UHGV virus genome: UHGV-1363143
Strand: one strand, 5' to 3'
Length of the DNA stretch: 64,000 nucleotides
From: a virus
Part shown: piece by piece, positions 1-11,829 of the stretch
Numbering within the stretch: position 1 is the stretch's first letter
Layout of the letters: the number at the start of each line of letters is the position of its first letter
Position numbers and translations under genes: made by a program
Notes under the pieces: generated by a model
The model's database searches: none
What the model saw: the letters and a program-made list of their open reading frames with translations, nothing else
What the model was told of the DNA's origin: nothing

Positions 1-12
1 ACTTTTTCTGAT

Positions 13-3000
13 ATGGATTTCTTAGATCCTTATTACAACAAGGCATTACACAAAGATAAATTTGGAAAAGATATAGATAATGATGAATATGTAGAATATA
101 AATCAAAAATGATTAATTCAACTGGTTATGCTATAGAAGCATTCCATAGAGTAGTGTTGGCATGGGTAAAAAAATTAATCCAAGACAACATCTATATCAG
201 TTTTTATGATATTAGAAGAGATGATATCTCTAAAGAGTTGAATGGATTAATTGAAGAAGTAACAGGCGAATCAGCATACAATAATGTTGGTTATTTACCT
301 GGAGATTATACTCAATCAGCTAATTCAACAAACTATTCCGCTTACAATATTCAAGAATATCAAAAGATAGAAAAAGAAAAAAAAGTAAATAAAATAGTCC
401 AACCTTTAACTGATAAAGGTAAGGATGTAGCAGATATAGTTAAAACATATGAAGGATCAATATTGACTGGAAAGATATTCTTACCTGTTCTATGTGCTGT
501 AATTCATGGAGATGATATGATTTATGGAAGAATAAAACAAAAGGATATTGGAACATTAAAAGTCAAAACTCGTCAATGTAGTTTACCTTTTAATGCCTCA
601 GATGAAGTTTCAGATGGAGAAAGAAATTTCAGAAAAATGATTAGAGGTCTATCAGCAACTGATCCTGAGGTAATGAATGGACTAGAAGCAATAGCTAGTG
701 AAAGCTACACTAAGCTAGAATCTGCATTGATAGACAGAAATCAAAAGCTATGGCTAAAAGCTTCAGAAGATCCTTCAGCATGGGTGTTACATTCATTCTA
801 TGACATGGTTACAAAAAATAAAAGAGGAAGAATGGCTAGAGCATTCCCTACTTATTATATGATGCTAATAGATGAAGGAAGAGAAATAGGATACTGGAAA
901 CTTCATGATAACTTCTATAATATGAATTCTATTGCAGAGATAGAAGTTACTAAGTCAAGAAAAATGCCAGCAGATACAGCTAATATAGTAATGACAAATA
1001 TGTTTAAAACTTTCTCTACTGAGGATGAAGATGTAAGAGTGAATTATGAACATAACGTAAGAGATGTATTTAATAGTATCTTCTCTCCTAATGTTTATTT
1101 TGAAGAAGAAGAAGCTAAGAGAATGGCTCAAATGAATATTCATAGAGCAACTATTAAACCAGGAGTAAGAATTCATTTAAGAATGGGATACTCAGGAGAT
1201 GCGTCAGAGTTACCTATATTGTTTAATGGTGTTGTTACAGAAGCAAGCACTGGAGAACTTATAGAAATCACAGCTCAAAGCGACGGACATGAAATAGTTA
1301 ATTCTCAAGTTTTTGCTGGCACAACTGCTGAAGATGCTGCAGACATAAAAAATGAATCTTCAATGTTTAAATGGTTTTATAACTTCTTTACTGAAGGTGC
1401 TACACCAAAGACATTAATAAGAAACATATTTACTGCTAAGAGTGGTTTCTGGGGCAAGATGGCTAATAAGTTTACTAATGGTAGATTCTTTAATGATAAT
1501 ATGTTTGGAATAACTCACTTTGGAGAAATAGACTATAAAGCTATTCACAAGGATGGAGAAATAATGCAAAACATATACGAGGCTGAAGGAAGAATGCCTT
1601 GGCAAAAAGAACCTACACCAGGATCAATGATGGATGAACATGTTATGGCTGAAGCTCCATCATTCACAATAGAGCTTAAAGATAAAAGTGTTTGGGATGT
1701 ATTAAATATATGTGCCAGCTCATCATTAGAGTTTATAACTGGAGTAGCTCCATTTGGAATAAGAAGCACTATATTTTATGGAAGACCACATTATTACTAT
1801 GCATATGATTATGCAATATCCGAAGAAGGAATGATTACTGAAAAACGTAAGCCATTCCAACAATATCATATCATTGATAGTTATTCAGATATTATAGGAA
1901 ATAACATAAAGGCTTCAGGTGCGGATATAAAAACTGTAGCAGTACCGATGTATAAAGGTCCTGGAAAAGCAAATAAAATTATAGAAAAGAAATGTAATCC
2001 AATATGGGCGGATTGGGATATATATCCTGAATTCCAAAAAACTATGGTAGTCAACACAGGACTTACTTGGAAAGCAAACAAAATGGGAGCCTTACTTGTC
2101 AATAAATTTAGAGATGAAGTTACAAAGAGCGGTGGTCAAAAGATTGCTTGGAGAATGGGAGCAACAGCTCTTAAAAATTCATTTAAAGATATGTATCAAG
2201 GAGAAGTCATAATAATTGGAGATACCAGCATAAAACCTTTGGATAAAGTTTTCTTACACGATGTTTACGAAAACATGAATGGAGCTGTAGAAGTAGAGGC
2301 AGTAGTCCATAGATTGAGTCCTGAGACAGGATTTACTTCATCAGTATTCGCAGACTGTATTAGTTGTGTAGACAGTAGATATGAAGAAATAGGAAGAATG
2401 TGGACATCTCAAATTGCGCACCAAATAGTTCTGGCTAAGAGTATATTCTATTTAAGTAGTTTGGCATTTGGGAATAGCACTAGACCAATGTTGAATGTAA
2501 TGGCTAGGACTGTCAACAAAGGTGCTTACAAAACAGCAGAAATGGCTAATAAAGCTATGGAGTTCATAGGAAAAGATGAATTGATTAAATACGGAAGTAT
2601 GGAAAAATGGTCAGATGCATTTTATAGTACAATGAATCTTTCATCTCAGGAAGTTGCTGTATGGAATAAAGTTAGCCAGCTCGGAGGAATTAAAAAGAAA
2701 ATATCAGTATTAGATATAAATAATATAGATTCAGCCTCAGATATTATTGATAACCTTGGAAACATAGTAAAAGCAACCGATGGATTTAGTCCTTCAGATG
2801 TAGCTGATACATTAGAAACTGCCTTAAAGAATGGATCTATCAAAAAGAAAGATATTAGTAATGTAGAGGCAACTATAAAAACATTAAGAGAAATAAAAAT
2901 AGATACTGATGGATTAACATCAAGTATTAAGCACTTATCATCATCAGTAGTTTCACAATTAGAATCGGTATCAGGTTTAGCGGATGAAGCTAAAGATAGC

Positions 3001-4359
3001 CTTAGGTATTTAAAAAGTATTCAGAACATGGAAAAAATAGATATTAAAAAGGCAATGGAATCCCTAGATAGTGTTAAAGATCTAGTTGATTTAAAGGATG
3101 ATATAAAGCAGTCTGCAAAGATAATAGGAGAATATGGTGACGATGTATTAAAAGCTATATCAAAAGCAGACGATATAGTCAAAGGTTCCAAGGTAGCCTC
3201 AGCTGTTACTGCTACCGTAACAACAGCTGGTGTAATATCTTCAGCATTATTAATAGCTGCTGAAATGGCTATAACATATGTCATAGAAAAAAATATATAC
3301 AACTGGATTGAAAACAGAATGGCTAGTTTTAATGTACTGACTGTTTACCCTCTTAAAAAGAATGGAGTAGTTCATGTAGCTGGCATAGATGGCCATAAGG
3401 GATTAGTTCATGGAAGTCCAACTTGGGAACAAGCCGGTCCTATTGATTCATTCATTAACTGGGTGTTTAAAGAAAGAGACACTAAATTCTATAAATTCTT
3501 AGATATATTTGTGTTTTCTGACGAAATGAAAGCTATTGCTGAAACTTATAAGAAAGATAATAAGTTGGGAAGTTATGCAGATGAAAAAGAGCAAACAGTA
3601 ACAGGATTATTAAAAAGCATAGCAGAAGGACAAGCAAGTTCTTATTCAAATTACAAAGCTATGGTTCATACGGAACGTATTACAGATATAAATGCTGCTA
3701 ATGCAAAATACACATATAAGAAAACCAGAGTAAAGTCTGATATATTAAATGATATACCTAATCACCCAGCAGTATTAAATGAGTTAGTTCCTATTGATGG
3801 AAGTAATGAGGCATTAGCTGAATATTTCTCTCCATTAAAAAGTCCTAGATTAAAAACTATACATTTGAGTCATACAGAATATGAGGGTGATTTAGACAAC
3901 AAGATTAGTTACGAAGAATTCAAAATAGATAATATTAAGAGTTACAATGGTGTAATTAGAGGAATTAGACTTTCAGATAACACAGTAGATATTCCATTCT
4001 TAAGACCTGATGCTTTTCAATTATTTAAAAGATTAATAGATCTTATAACAATAAAATCAGGTAATAAGGGATATGGAGATAACGAAAATAGTACAATCTG
4101 GTTCAAGTCAGGTACTATAGTTAATGATAACTCTTGGAGTTCAACTGGATATGTATTTAGGTTTGAAGTTACGAATATCAGTGATGATATAGTAAACCAA
4201 GCATTTGAGGATGCAGCTAAAGAACTTAGAGAAATATTTATTGATGAAAATAAACAAGACATTATAAACATATTCCAATATAGAAAAGTTAAAAATAGCA
4301 ATGCATACGAAGTGTTTGTATGCCCTAGAGATGAATACTTTAAACTACAATTAGATTAA
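13..4359 (+). CDS. tail tape measure protein-like giant protein, 5'-partial (frame open to window start)
   Basis: 1448-aa ORF. The reading frame has no stop between pos 1 and 13, so the N-terminus probably lies upstream. It has long Lys/Glu/Asp-rich coiled-coil-prone stretches (..SIKHLSSSVVSQLESVSGLADEAKDSLRYLKSIQNMEKIDIKK..) and hydrophobic helices (VASAVTATVTTAGVISSALLIAAEMAITYVI). It sits directly upstream of the baseplate-type genes. Confidence 0.45.
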   Translation: MDFLDPYYNKALHKDKFGKDIDNDEYVEYKSKMINSTGYAIEAFHRVVLAWVKKLIQDNIYISFYDIRRDDISKELNGLIEEVTGESAYNNVGYLPGDYTQSANSTNYSAYNIQEYQKIEKEKKVNKIVQPLTDKGKDVADIVKTYEGSILTGKIFLPVLCAVIHGDDMIYGRIKQKDIGTLKVKTRQCSLPFNASDEVSDGERNFRKMIRGLSATDPEVMNGLEAIASESYTKLESALIDRNQKLWLKASEDPSAWVLHSFYDMVTKNKRGRMARAFPTYYMMLIDEGREIGYWKLHDNFYNMNSIAEIEVTKSRKMPADTANIVMTNMFKTFSTEDEDVRVNYEHNVRDVFNSIFSPNVYFEEEEAKRMAQMNIHRATIKPGVRIHLRMGYSGDASELPILFNGVVTEASTGELIEITAQSDGHEIVNSQVFAGTTAEDAADIKNESSMFKWFYNFFTEGATPKTLIRNIFTAKSGFWGKMANKFTNGRFFNDNMFGITHFGEIDYKAIHKDGEIMQNIYEAEGRMPWQKEPTPGSMMDEHVMAEAPSFTIELKDKSVWDVLNICASSSLEFITGVAPFGIRSTIFYGRPHYYYAYDYAISEEGMITEKRKPFQQYHIIDSYSDIIGNNIKASGADIKTVAVPMYKGPGKANKIIEKKCNPIWADWDIYPEFQKTMVVNTGLTWKANKMGALLVNKFRDEVTKSGGQKIAWRMGATALKNSFKDMYQGEVIIIGDTSIKPLDKVFLHDVYENMNGAVEVEAVVHRLSPETGFTSSVFADCISCVDSRYEEIGRMWTSQIAHQIVLAKSIFYLSSLAFGNSTRPMLNVMARTVNKGAYKTAEMANKAMEFIGKDELIKYGSMEKWSDAFYSTMNLSSQEVAVWNKVSQLGGIKKKISVLDINNIDSASDIIDNLGNIVKATDGFSPSDVADTLETALKNGSIKKKDISNVEATIKTLREIKIDTDGLTSSIKHLSSSVVSQLESVSGLADEAKDSLRYLKSIQNMEKIDIKKAMESLDSVKDLVDLKDDIKQSAKIIGEYGDDVLKAISKADDIVKGSKVASAVTATVTTAGVISSALLIAAEMAITYVIEKNIYNWIENRMASFNVLTVYPLKKNGVVHVAGIDGHKGLVHGSPTWEQAGPIDSFINWVFKERDTKFYKFLDIFVFSDEMKAIAETYKKDNKLGSYADEKEQTVTGLLKSIAEGQASSYSNYKAMVHTERITDINAANAKYTYKKTRVKSDILNDIPNHPAVLNELVPIDGSNEALAEYFSPLKSPRLKTIHLSHTEYEGDLDNKISYEEFKIDNIKSYNGVIRGIRLSDNTVDIPFLRPDAFQLFKRLIDLITIKSGNKGYGDNENSTIWFKSGTIVNDNSWSSTGYVFRFEVTNISDDIVNQAFEDAAKELREIFIDENKQDIINIFQYRKVKNSNAYEVFVCPRDEYFKLQLD

Positions 4360-4372
4360 GGAGGAAGCAGTT

Positions 4373-4738
4373 ATGTCAGATTTTAGACATAAACTGCGTA
4401 AGGAAGTAGTAGATCCTGCTCTGAAAACGAGCAGGAAAGCTACACTTATAGCAGTAATTACAGATAAAAAAAGTAATTCATATACAATCCAATTTACAGA
4501 TGAAAATGGTGAGAAGCAAAAACAGTCAGGTATCTCTGCAAGAAGATATGGTAACGAAACTCCTCAAGGATATGAAATTAATGAAACTGTATTAGTAGAG
4601 TATGATGATACTGATAAAAAATATGAAATCATTTCAAGTTACGGAAGGGACTACGCCGAAGTTAAAGCAACAACTGAATTAAAGACTGACATATTTAGTA
4701 ATTTAATATCTAGTACTATTCCAGGATATCAATTTTAG
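4373..4738 (+). CDS. hypothetical small tail/baseplate-associated protein
   Basis: The start follows an AGGAGG RBS, which suggests translational coupling to the giant ORF. No motifs were recognised. Confidence 0.3.
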   Translation: MSDFRHKLRKEVVDPALKTSRKATLIAVITDKKSNSYTIQFTDENGEKQKQSGISARRYGNETPQGYEINETVLVEYDDTDKKYEIISSYGRDYAEVKATTELKTDIFSNLISSTIPGYQF

Positions 4739-4749
4739 GAGGGATAAAA

Positions 4750-5322
4750 ATGTCATTATATAGTAAATTACAGAAAGAAATAGACAGCGTATCTGATGTT
4801 CATCCAGATTTACTTAGTGAAGCTAAAGAAAGAGCCGAATATATGGATGACACAAACGATAAAGGTATAGTAAACCCTTCAACAGGTTCATCTGTTTTAG
4901 TGAGAGGGAATGGAGATATAACTTTAACTTCCAGTCTAATGTCACAATACAAAGTAACAGCTAGTGGACATGCAATAGAGGAAAGTATGGAAAGCCATAC
5001 AAGAACAGTTAGAAAAGTTATTGAGGCTGATGAAATAGTAGTTAATAATCATAAGCTTAATCCAGCTTTATATGAATTAAGCGATATGAGAAATTTATTT
5101 GGATACCAAGATATTTCCATAGGAAATCTTACAGTCAATACAACTGTATTAGTAAAGGCATGGGAACCTACACTTAAAAAATGGGTATTAATAAGAAGGC
5201 CAGCTAGAATACCACTTTTCTCTCCAGTACTTAATCTACCTGATTGTCCTGAAAACATGAATGTAGATACTGATATAAAAGATGAAATATTAAAAGCAAG
5301 CCAAGGAGGAATTAAAGGATGA
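4750..5322 (+). CDS. hypothetical baseplate-region protein
   Basis: Position in the post-tape-measure gene string. The start is preceded by an AGGAGGG RBS. Its stop overlaps the next start (ATGA). Confidence 0.3.
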   Translation: MSLYSKLQKEIDSVSDVHPDLLSEAKERAEYMDDTNDKGIVNPSTGSSVLVRGNGDITLTSSLMSQYKVTASGHAIEESMESHTRTVRKVIEADEIVVNNHKLNPALYELSDMRNLFGYQDISIGNLTVNTTVLVKAWEPTLKKWVLIRRPARIPLFSPVLNLPDCPENMNVDTDIKDEILKASQGGIKG

Positions 5323-5837
5323 TAGACTTTTTAATTACACCTTCAGGAGATTTAGCTTTTACTGAAATAGAAAAAGAAAACCAAACTCTTGAAATTTCAT
5401 TTTATAAAACCAAAACCCAAGCACTTAAGATAAACTTTGAAATGGATACATATCTAACAGACACGCCTAAAAAAGATTCTCTAGTAGTTTATTTTGATCT
5501 AACTAACATAAAAAATAATAAGAGAGCAATGTTAGTTGAAGATGATGCGTATAGAATGCAGCAAATATTTATGAGAATAAAAACTAGTTTAGGAGAATTA
5601 CCTGAACGCCCAGAAGTAGGCTCAAAGATTGAAACTGTAATGCACCAAAATATTCATGACAAATCAGTTCAAAGTAAAGTAGAGAACATAATAGGAGATG
5701 CAATAAAAGATATTGTTTATAACCATTCTGTAAAAGCTATCCCAACAGTTATTAAAGATAATGATTATAGGCAGATAATGAATGTAATGATTTATGAGGA
5801 TGATGATCTAATTTTTACTTATGAGATGGAGGGATAA
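5319..5837 (+). CDS. small baseplate protein (XkdS/gp25-like by position and size)
   Basis: 172 aa, immediately upstream of a baseplate-J-like gene. The 4-nt overlap gives coupled translation. The assignment is positional only. Confidence 0.3.
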   Translation: MIDFLITPSGDLAFTEIEKENQTLEISFYKTKTQALKINFEMDTYLTDTPKKDSLVVYFDLTNIKNNKRAMLVEDDAYRMQQIFMRIKTSLGELPERPEVGSKIETVMHQNIHDKSVQSKVENIIGDAIKDIVYNHSVKAIPTVIKDNDYRQIMNVMIYEDDDLIFTYEMEG

Positions 5838-5840
5838 CTA

Positions 5841-6641
5841 ATGAAAACGATGCAAGAAATTTATCAAAATATAAGAAATAAATTTTTCAAAGATACATCA
5901 ATAGATGTTGAGAGAGGATCCACCATAGATTACTATATCTTGGCAACTTCAAATATGATATCAGATGCTCACAAAGAAATAGAGAATAATAAAACTCCAC
6001 ATATATATTCTAGCTTAAAGGGAGAACAGCTAGATGACGCTGCAGTATTAGTTGGTTTAACTAGACGACCAGATGAATCCGATAAGAATTTTCTATACCG
6101 TATATTAAACTGGAATGTTTCCAATAAGGCTTCAAACCTAACAGCAATAGAAACTGCATTAATGGACATGCAATTTTGCTCTCACGTTACTTATGTTCCT
6201 CATACATTTGGATGTGGAACTTCAGCAGCTTATATTATACCTAAAAACATGAATGAAGAAGGTAAGGAGCTAGCAATAGAAGAAACTAAAGCAAGATTAA
6301 AAGATGTAGTATCTCCATCATCTTATATTGAATATATCATACCTAAAATATCTTCTGTAAAAATGAAAATTTTAATCAATGCAAAGGCAGCTGATGTAAT
6401 AACAATAAAGAAGAATATTGAAGACAAAATAATAAAATATGTAAATGGAATTGCTCCAGGAGAATATTTAGAAGTCGGAGAGATAAATAGATTAGGAACA
6501 AATGAAGCTAACGTAAAATACTTCAATGTAGGTAGCCTATTTATAAATAATAAAGAAACTGGTGCAATATCAATTCTTCAAAAAGTTGATAGCAAATTTG
6601 TTATGTCAGAGGCAGATATAATTTGGCTGGAGGTTGAATAA
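5841..6641 (+). CDS. baseplate J-like protein (XkdT-like)
   Basis: The N-terminal pattern is M..MQEIYQNIRNKF...ERGSTIDYYILATSNMISDAHKEIENN...LDDAAVLVGLTRRP. This matches the conserved N-terminus of baseplate-J family proteins (E.GS..Y..A.........LD..A...G..R.). It is shorter than typical. Confidence 0.5.
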   Translation: MKTMQEIYQNIRNKFFKDTSIDVERGSTIDYYILATSNMISDAHKEIENNKTPHIYSSLKGEQLDDAAVLVGLTRRPDESDKNFLYRILNWNVSNKASNLTAIETALMDMQFCSHVTYVPHTFGCGTSAAYIIPKNMNEEGKELAIEETKARLKDVVSPSSYIEYIIPKISSVKMKILINAKAADVITIKKNIEDKIIKYVNGIAPGEYLEVGEINRLGTNEANVKYFNVGSLFINNKETGAISILQKVDSKFVMSEADIIWLEVE

Positions 6642-9600
6642 AATGTTGATCACTAAAGAACTAGTAGAAAAATCAATTAAGCATTTTCCAAAATGGATGG
6701 ACATAAGAAAAAGACATTTCTCTTCAGTCGGAGGCAAACTATTGTCTTCGGTTGCTAGAGAAGTTGCAGAGATACAAGATTCTATTGATGAATATATAAA
6801 ACAGCACTTCATACCATTCTACGAAGATAAGTGTGAAAGAATACCCGACTTTATATATAAAGCAAATATAGGCAATGTAGATATTGAGAAAATCACATTA
6901 GTAGAACCTAACCTAGAAATAATAACAGATATAAAAATATTCTACGAGACAGATAATGTAGCATATTATCAAGATGGCTTTATTTTTATAAAGGATAAAA
7001 TGGATAATATCTTTTATATGTTAGATGGCTACAAGAATGAAGCTCAATTAGAAAAGATGCATGTATGGAACACATATGATGAATTCGCTGCGTTTGTAGG
7101 AATTGAAAGATATCAAGATGAGAGTAATCTTGAATTATTTAATAGAATAATAAATGTATCTAAAAATGTACTAAACAGTTCCGAAGAAGGAATTAAAAAT
7201 GCTATAACATCAAGTCTTATTAATATTATTCCAGAATTAAGCATTGAAGATATTAAGCTTGAAAGACCTACTGCTGAAAATCTTGTTAAGTATTATGATG
7301 AGTTTAATACTATATTAGATAAATTAGCAGATGTGAATAAAGATATCTTAAAAAACAAGAAATGGGATATAGACAAATGGAATAACGACTTTAAGCAAAT
7401 AGACTATATACCGCATACCTGGGATATTATATTAAAAGAAATAACAAACGGAATAGGAGATAACGATGATTTAAGGCCAATCTTTATAGATGCTATTAAC
7501 ACAACTGATGTAGATATTTCTTTCTATGAAAAGTCAGAGGAACATATAGATTCATTTATAAGAGATAAGGAAATTGATGATACTTTAAATCTATCTTTGA
7601 TTAAATATAATAATATGTTAAATCCTTACACAGCCAAGTATTCTATAACAGCAAGTGAAGCTGAAGAAATAGAATATGAAGTATCTGGAATGGGACAAAT
7701 ATCTGTAGACCTTTATGAAACCTTAAAAGGTAAACATACGAGAAGTATAGAAGATTTAATTATAGACTCATCAAGTCTAAAAGACATAGAGATTATAAGA
7801 GAAGGCCTGTTAGAAGAAGGTAAATTCTACAGAATCAAGTTTACTCCTAAGAGCAAATATGACACGATGGAAATTATTAATTGTCATGTAGCAAGTGAGT
7901 ATGGAAATATCATTACGGATAACGAGGGGAATCTACTTACTTACAAAGATCCTAAGGATAATTTTATTTTAAATGGAGACATACTAGTAAATAAATTAGT
8001 TAAGAAATCTATAACAACACTAGATGAGTTCAATGTTCATAAAAATGCAGTAGATATAGGTTCAGGAATTACTATAGATAAGATTAATGAAGAAAGTGAG
8101 TTAATCCTAAATACAGTAGGATATAGTGGTGAATCTGTAAAGATATTCTATGATAGTGAATTAAGTAAAGTTCCAGATAATGATATTCAGCTTAATAACT
8201 TCTTTTATGATGAACAAAAGAAAGCTTATGTCCCTGATGCAACTGGAGATACTAAAAGCATTACTGTAAACACAAAGGCAAATCAATTTAGTACAACAGT
8301 ATCTCAAGGACAATGCGTAGTTACTGCATTAATTAATGGCCAACCTGTAGAGCTTACAATGGAATATGTAAACGGAGAACTTGTTTATAGTACACCTAGA
8401 TTCAATGAACCTCAACAAATGTTAATTGAGATAGCAGCAATGTTCAACAATAATGTTGAGATCTCAAAGTTAATGTATTCTAACTACACTATTAAAGTTT
8501 ACACTGAAGCAGGTGAATTGATTAAAAATGAAGATGAAGATAATCTTTATTGGATGCCACAAGGATATGAAAATAAACTTTTCATTAAAATGAGAACTAG
8601 AACGCAATACAGCCCTATATTGAGAAGGGTATTTATCGGTACACCTATTGACAGTAACGAATCCTATGAAACTGATCTTATTGTAGGTATGGAGAATGCA
8701 TACCTAAAGATTACTAGTAATTGTAATGTTGAGTTATATGAAAGCTCTAAACCATTTGCAAAATGTGATAAATATAGTGTGGACCAAAAAGTTACAAGAG
8801 GATACTCGACAGATAAAATATATAGGGCCACTAGTAATGAAGCTTATATAATATTAAATACAGCAGAGTACTTTAATATAGATAGCATTGACATTGAAGA
8901 AGGAACATATGAAGTTACTGGTGAAGGAATTCTACAAAGACATATATTAAAACTTCGTAGTGGCCAAGGAGTAAGTAGCGTAACAATAACAGGACACTAT
9001 AACTCACTAATAGCTAGTAAATCAATTTACGACTTAATAAAGCGTGAAAATATAGCATATGAACCTTATGTTTTTGATGAAGATGGAGAATGGATATCAG
9101 GGTACAAGCTATATGCAAACAAGTTATTAAAATGCTTTGTAATTGAAAATAATAATTTTGAGCAAAGTATGGTTAAGATATCATCTGATAGTTTTGATTT
9201 AGGCAGTGATAGAGTTATTAGTGAAGCTGTAGTTAGTGGTTTGCCTGATTCATTACAAGGTGCATTCTCATCAATTGATGGAGATAATGGATATATTACT
9301 ATTGGAGATACTCATGGTGGAACATTTACTAACTTTTATATATATCCTAAATATGCAAAAGAATATATAGCTAGAAATGAATACACTACCTATGCTCATC
9401 ACAGAGAAGGAATAGAGATAGTTAACACATTCAATAATGGATATGAAGATGGTAAACTTATGATTTATCAAGTAAATCCAATTTCTAATGAAGAGTATGA
9501 TGTAACTTTTGATAATGGAAAGAATTGGAGTATCGGTAAGATTGGATTAACAATAGATCTTCATAAAGATAAAAACTATAATATGACACAAAAGATGATA

Positions 9601-11829
9601 ACTGAAGAAATAAAACTTGGCTCTACTATAAAGTTGAAAGATATTTACACAGCTGAAAATAAAGAGCTTGTAGAGTTAGATCAATATATAATCGACACAA
9701 CAGATAAAGACTATGATGTAGTTTATAAGTATGATATAAATAATACTGCATATGACAAAGCTGAATTTGTCACAGTAAAAAATGATGGATTCAACAAATT
9801 GAGATATAGCAATGTCTATGAAATTAAATACTTAGGTAAAGAAGTATTTGATGAAACAGACGATAGTATAGAGCAAATAAAAAAAGAAGCTTATGAGCTT
9901 GATAAGGAAAAAGGAATTATAATATGGAAAGATGAAGAACTTATAAATAGTGGAGCAAAATTATATATTATATATTCAATCAAAAAAGCTATAGCAATTA
10001 AATTTAATATAGATTCATTGTATAGAAAAATACAATATCCAATAAATGCTTATAAGAAAATTAATTCTTATAGATTAGACAATATTGAAAATGGTAGGAA
10101 GATTGATTTATTAAATCCTCTTATTGGTGATATTGAGCTTTCTAATAAAATTGCTAACGATTATAAGAAGAGTAGTGCAGTGTATGTTAATTGCAGACAA
10201 GCTGGATTTGCAGCTGAAAAGACTGATAATTTATTAGTTATTAAGAAAATAGCTGAGGCTAATACTCTTGCTATTAAGTCAGGCTGGTATTATTTATTAG
10301 GTAGAGAATATTATATGTTTGCTACAGACCAATCTCAGAATATAGTTGAAGATGAATATGCAACATCTCAAGAGGTTAGTAAGATTGATAATGAGTTATT
10401 ATTACACAAGAAAACATCAAACCATATAAAGAATTCAAAAATGATTCTTGGATCTTTGGCTAACTCGCATAGTATTTTTGACTTTGAAGATATAAAAACG
10501 TTAAGAGGAAGTAGTACTGTAAATTCAATAACTGCATGTGATAGTTATAATTATTGGCAAACTTTTGCAATGGACTTAAGTTTGACAGATGGATTAAACG
10601 GGTTAGGATTATTATTCAAACCACATGATAGACTCAATGTGGGATATGCATTATTGGATATCACTAAATACATTTCAGATAAAACACACATTTCTTTTTA
10701 CAATCCAGATAACCTATCAGTCTATATTGGTAAGGAAAAATTAATAAAGGACTTATCTTTAACAGACGCAGTTTCAATAGGTTCAATGTCAGAAATCACA
10801 GATAAAGACATAGACAATATTTATTATTCTACATTCAATAAAGAAGAAAACCATAAATACTATTTAATAGTAATGGGGCAAGGAATACTGGACGATATCA
10901 TTGTTCAAGATGGAGATACCCTTAATGTAGATCTTCATAAGAAAAATATCTCTAACCTAAACCTGGATTTATATGAAGCAACCACTTCAGGAGTTGTATC
11001 AAGAGTAATCTTAGATCAAGAAAAAGGCAATAAAAATAATGGTGCAGAAATTAATAGTACAGGGTATATAGTTAATGCCTCAAATATTGATTGGAATATT
11101 ACTAAGATAAAAAGTTATACTACTGAAAAGGATTGGCTATCAGGATGGGATTTAGAAAATGTAAATGTAACTAGAATCAATGATAAAGACTGTGCTTTAG
11201 TTACAGAAGGTACTTTAGGAAAAATAGTTACAAGACCTATTTATGTAGGAGATCCTAACACGATAAATAGCATTATATTTAAAATAAATAATGTGCCTAT
11301 AAAATCAATGCAAGGATTTGATGCTCAATTATTACAAGCACAAATTAGCAATGGTGCATACTTGCCTTGTAAGCAAAAACTAAATAATAGTTCAGCGTTA
11401 AACTACACTAAAGATTTAATGTATCCATATATAAAATTGTCTGTAGATATACAAAAAAATAAGGTAATAGACAATATAGAAATTTATATAGAGTACAAAT
11501 CTTCTAACCAATTTGCTCCTACAGAAAGAATAGAAGCAAACGGACAATTCCTAACAAAAGTTTTTGACAGTCACTATACTTCAACTTATAAGCTAAAGGC
11601 TGTTGAGATTGAAGATAAGGATGGGGCAGTAGACTTATTCATAAGAGCTGCTAAAGAGAAGTCAGGATTATCTGTATGGACAGATTGGTATCCAATACAA
11701 ATAAAGGATAAAGAAATAGTTAATAACATTGAATTTGAAGATTATAGATTCTTCCAAATGAAAGTGCTGTTAGGAGAAAAGGACTCTAAGATAAAGATTA
11801 AACATTTTGATCTAGAGGTGATGAAGTAA
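6634..11829 (+). CDS. giant baseplate/tail structural protein (1731 aa)
   Basis: Overlaps the preceding gene by 8 nt. Low-complexity Asn/Asp/Ile/Lys-rich modular protein. Structural by context. Confidence 0.35.
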   Translation: MNKMLITKELVEKSIKHFPKWMDIRKRHFSSVGGKLLSSVAREVAEIQDSIDEYIKQHFIPFYEDKCERIPDFIYKANIGNVDIEKITLVEPNLEIITDIKIFYETDNVAYYQDGFIFIKDKMDNIFYMLDGYKNEAQLEKMHVWNTYDEFAAFVGIERYQDESNLELFNRIINVSKNVLNSSEEGIKNAITSSLINIIPELSIEDIKLERPTAENLVKYYDEFNTILDKLADVNKDILKNKKWDIDKWNNDFKQIDYIPHTWDIILKEITNGIGDNDDLRPIFIDAINTTDVDISFYEKSEEHIDSFIRDKEIDDTLNLSLIKYNNMLNPYTAKYSITASEAEEIEYEVSGMGQISVDLYETLKGKHTRSIEDLIIDSSSLKDIEIIREGLLEEGKFYRIKFTPKSKYDTMEIINCHVASEYGNIITDNEGNLLTYKDPKDNFILNGDILVNKLVKKSITTLDEFNVHKNAVDIGSGITIDKINEESELILNTVGYSGESVKIFYDSELSKVPDNDIQLNNFFYDEQKKAYVPDATGDTKSITVNTKANQFSTTVSQGQCVVTALINGQPVELTMEYVNGELVYSTPRFNEPQQMLIEIAAMFNNNVEISKLMYSNYTIKVYTEAGELIKNEDEDNLYWMPQGYENKLFIKMRTRTQYSPILRRVFIGTPIDSNESYETDLIVGMENAYLKITSNCNVELYESSKPFAKCDKYSVDQKVTRGYSTDKIYRATSNEAYIILNTAEYFNIDSIDIEEGTYEVTGEGILQRHILKLRSGQGVSSVTITGHYNSLIASKSIYDLIKRENIAYEPYVFDEDGEWISGYKLYANKLLKCFVIENNNFEQSMVKISSDSFDLGSDRVISEAVVSGLPDSLQGAFSSIDGDNGYITIGDTHGGTFTNFYIYPKYAKEYIARNEYTTYAHHREGIEIVNTFNNGYEDGKLMIYQVNPISNEEYDVTFDNGKNWSIGKIGLTIDLHKDKNYNMTQKMITEEIKLGSTIKLKDIYTAENKELVELDQYIIDTTDKDYDVVYKYDINNTAYDKAEFVTVKNDGFNKLRYSNVYEIKYLGKEVFDETDDSIEQIKKEAYELDKEKGIIIWKDEELINSGAKLYIIYSIKKAIAIKFNIDSLYRKIQYPINAYKKINSYRLDNIENGRKIDLLNPLIGDIELSNKIANDYKKSSAVYVNCRQAGFAAEKTDNLLVIKKIAEANTLAIKSGWYYLLGREYYMFATDQSQNIVEDEYATSQEVSKIDNELLLHKKTSNHIKNSKMILGSLANSHSIFDFEDIKTLRGSSTVNSITACDSYNYWQTFAMDLSLTDGLNGLGLLFKPHDRLNVGYALLDITKYISDKTHISFYNPDNLSVYIGKEKLIKDLSLTDAVSIGSMSEITDKDIDNIYYSTFNKEENHKYYLIVMGQGILDDIIVQDGDTLNVDLHKKNISNLNLDLYEATTSGVVSRVILDQEKGNKNNGAEINSTGYIVNASNIDWNITKIKSYTTEKDWLSGWDLENVNVTRINDKDCALVTEGTLGKIVTRPIYVGDPNTINSIIFKINNVPIKSMQGFDAQLLQAQISNGAYLPCKQKLNNSSALNYTKDLMYPYIKLSVDIQKNKVIDNIEIYIEYKSSNQFAPTERIEANGQFLTKVFDSHYTSTYKLKAVEIEDKDGAVDLFIRAAKEKSGLSVWTDWYPIQIKDKEIVNNIEFEDYRFFQMKVLLGEKDSKIKIKHFDLEVMK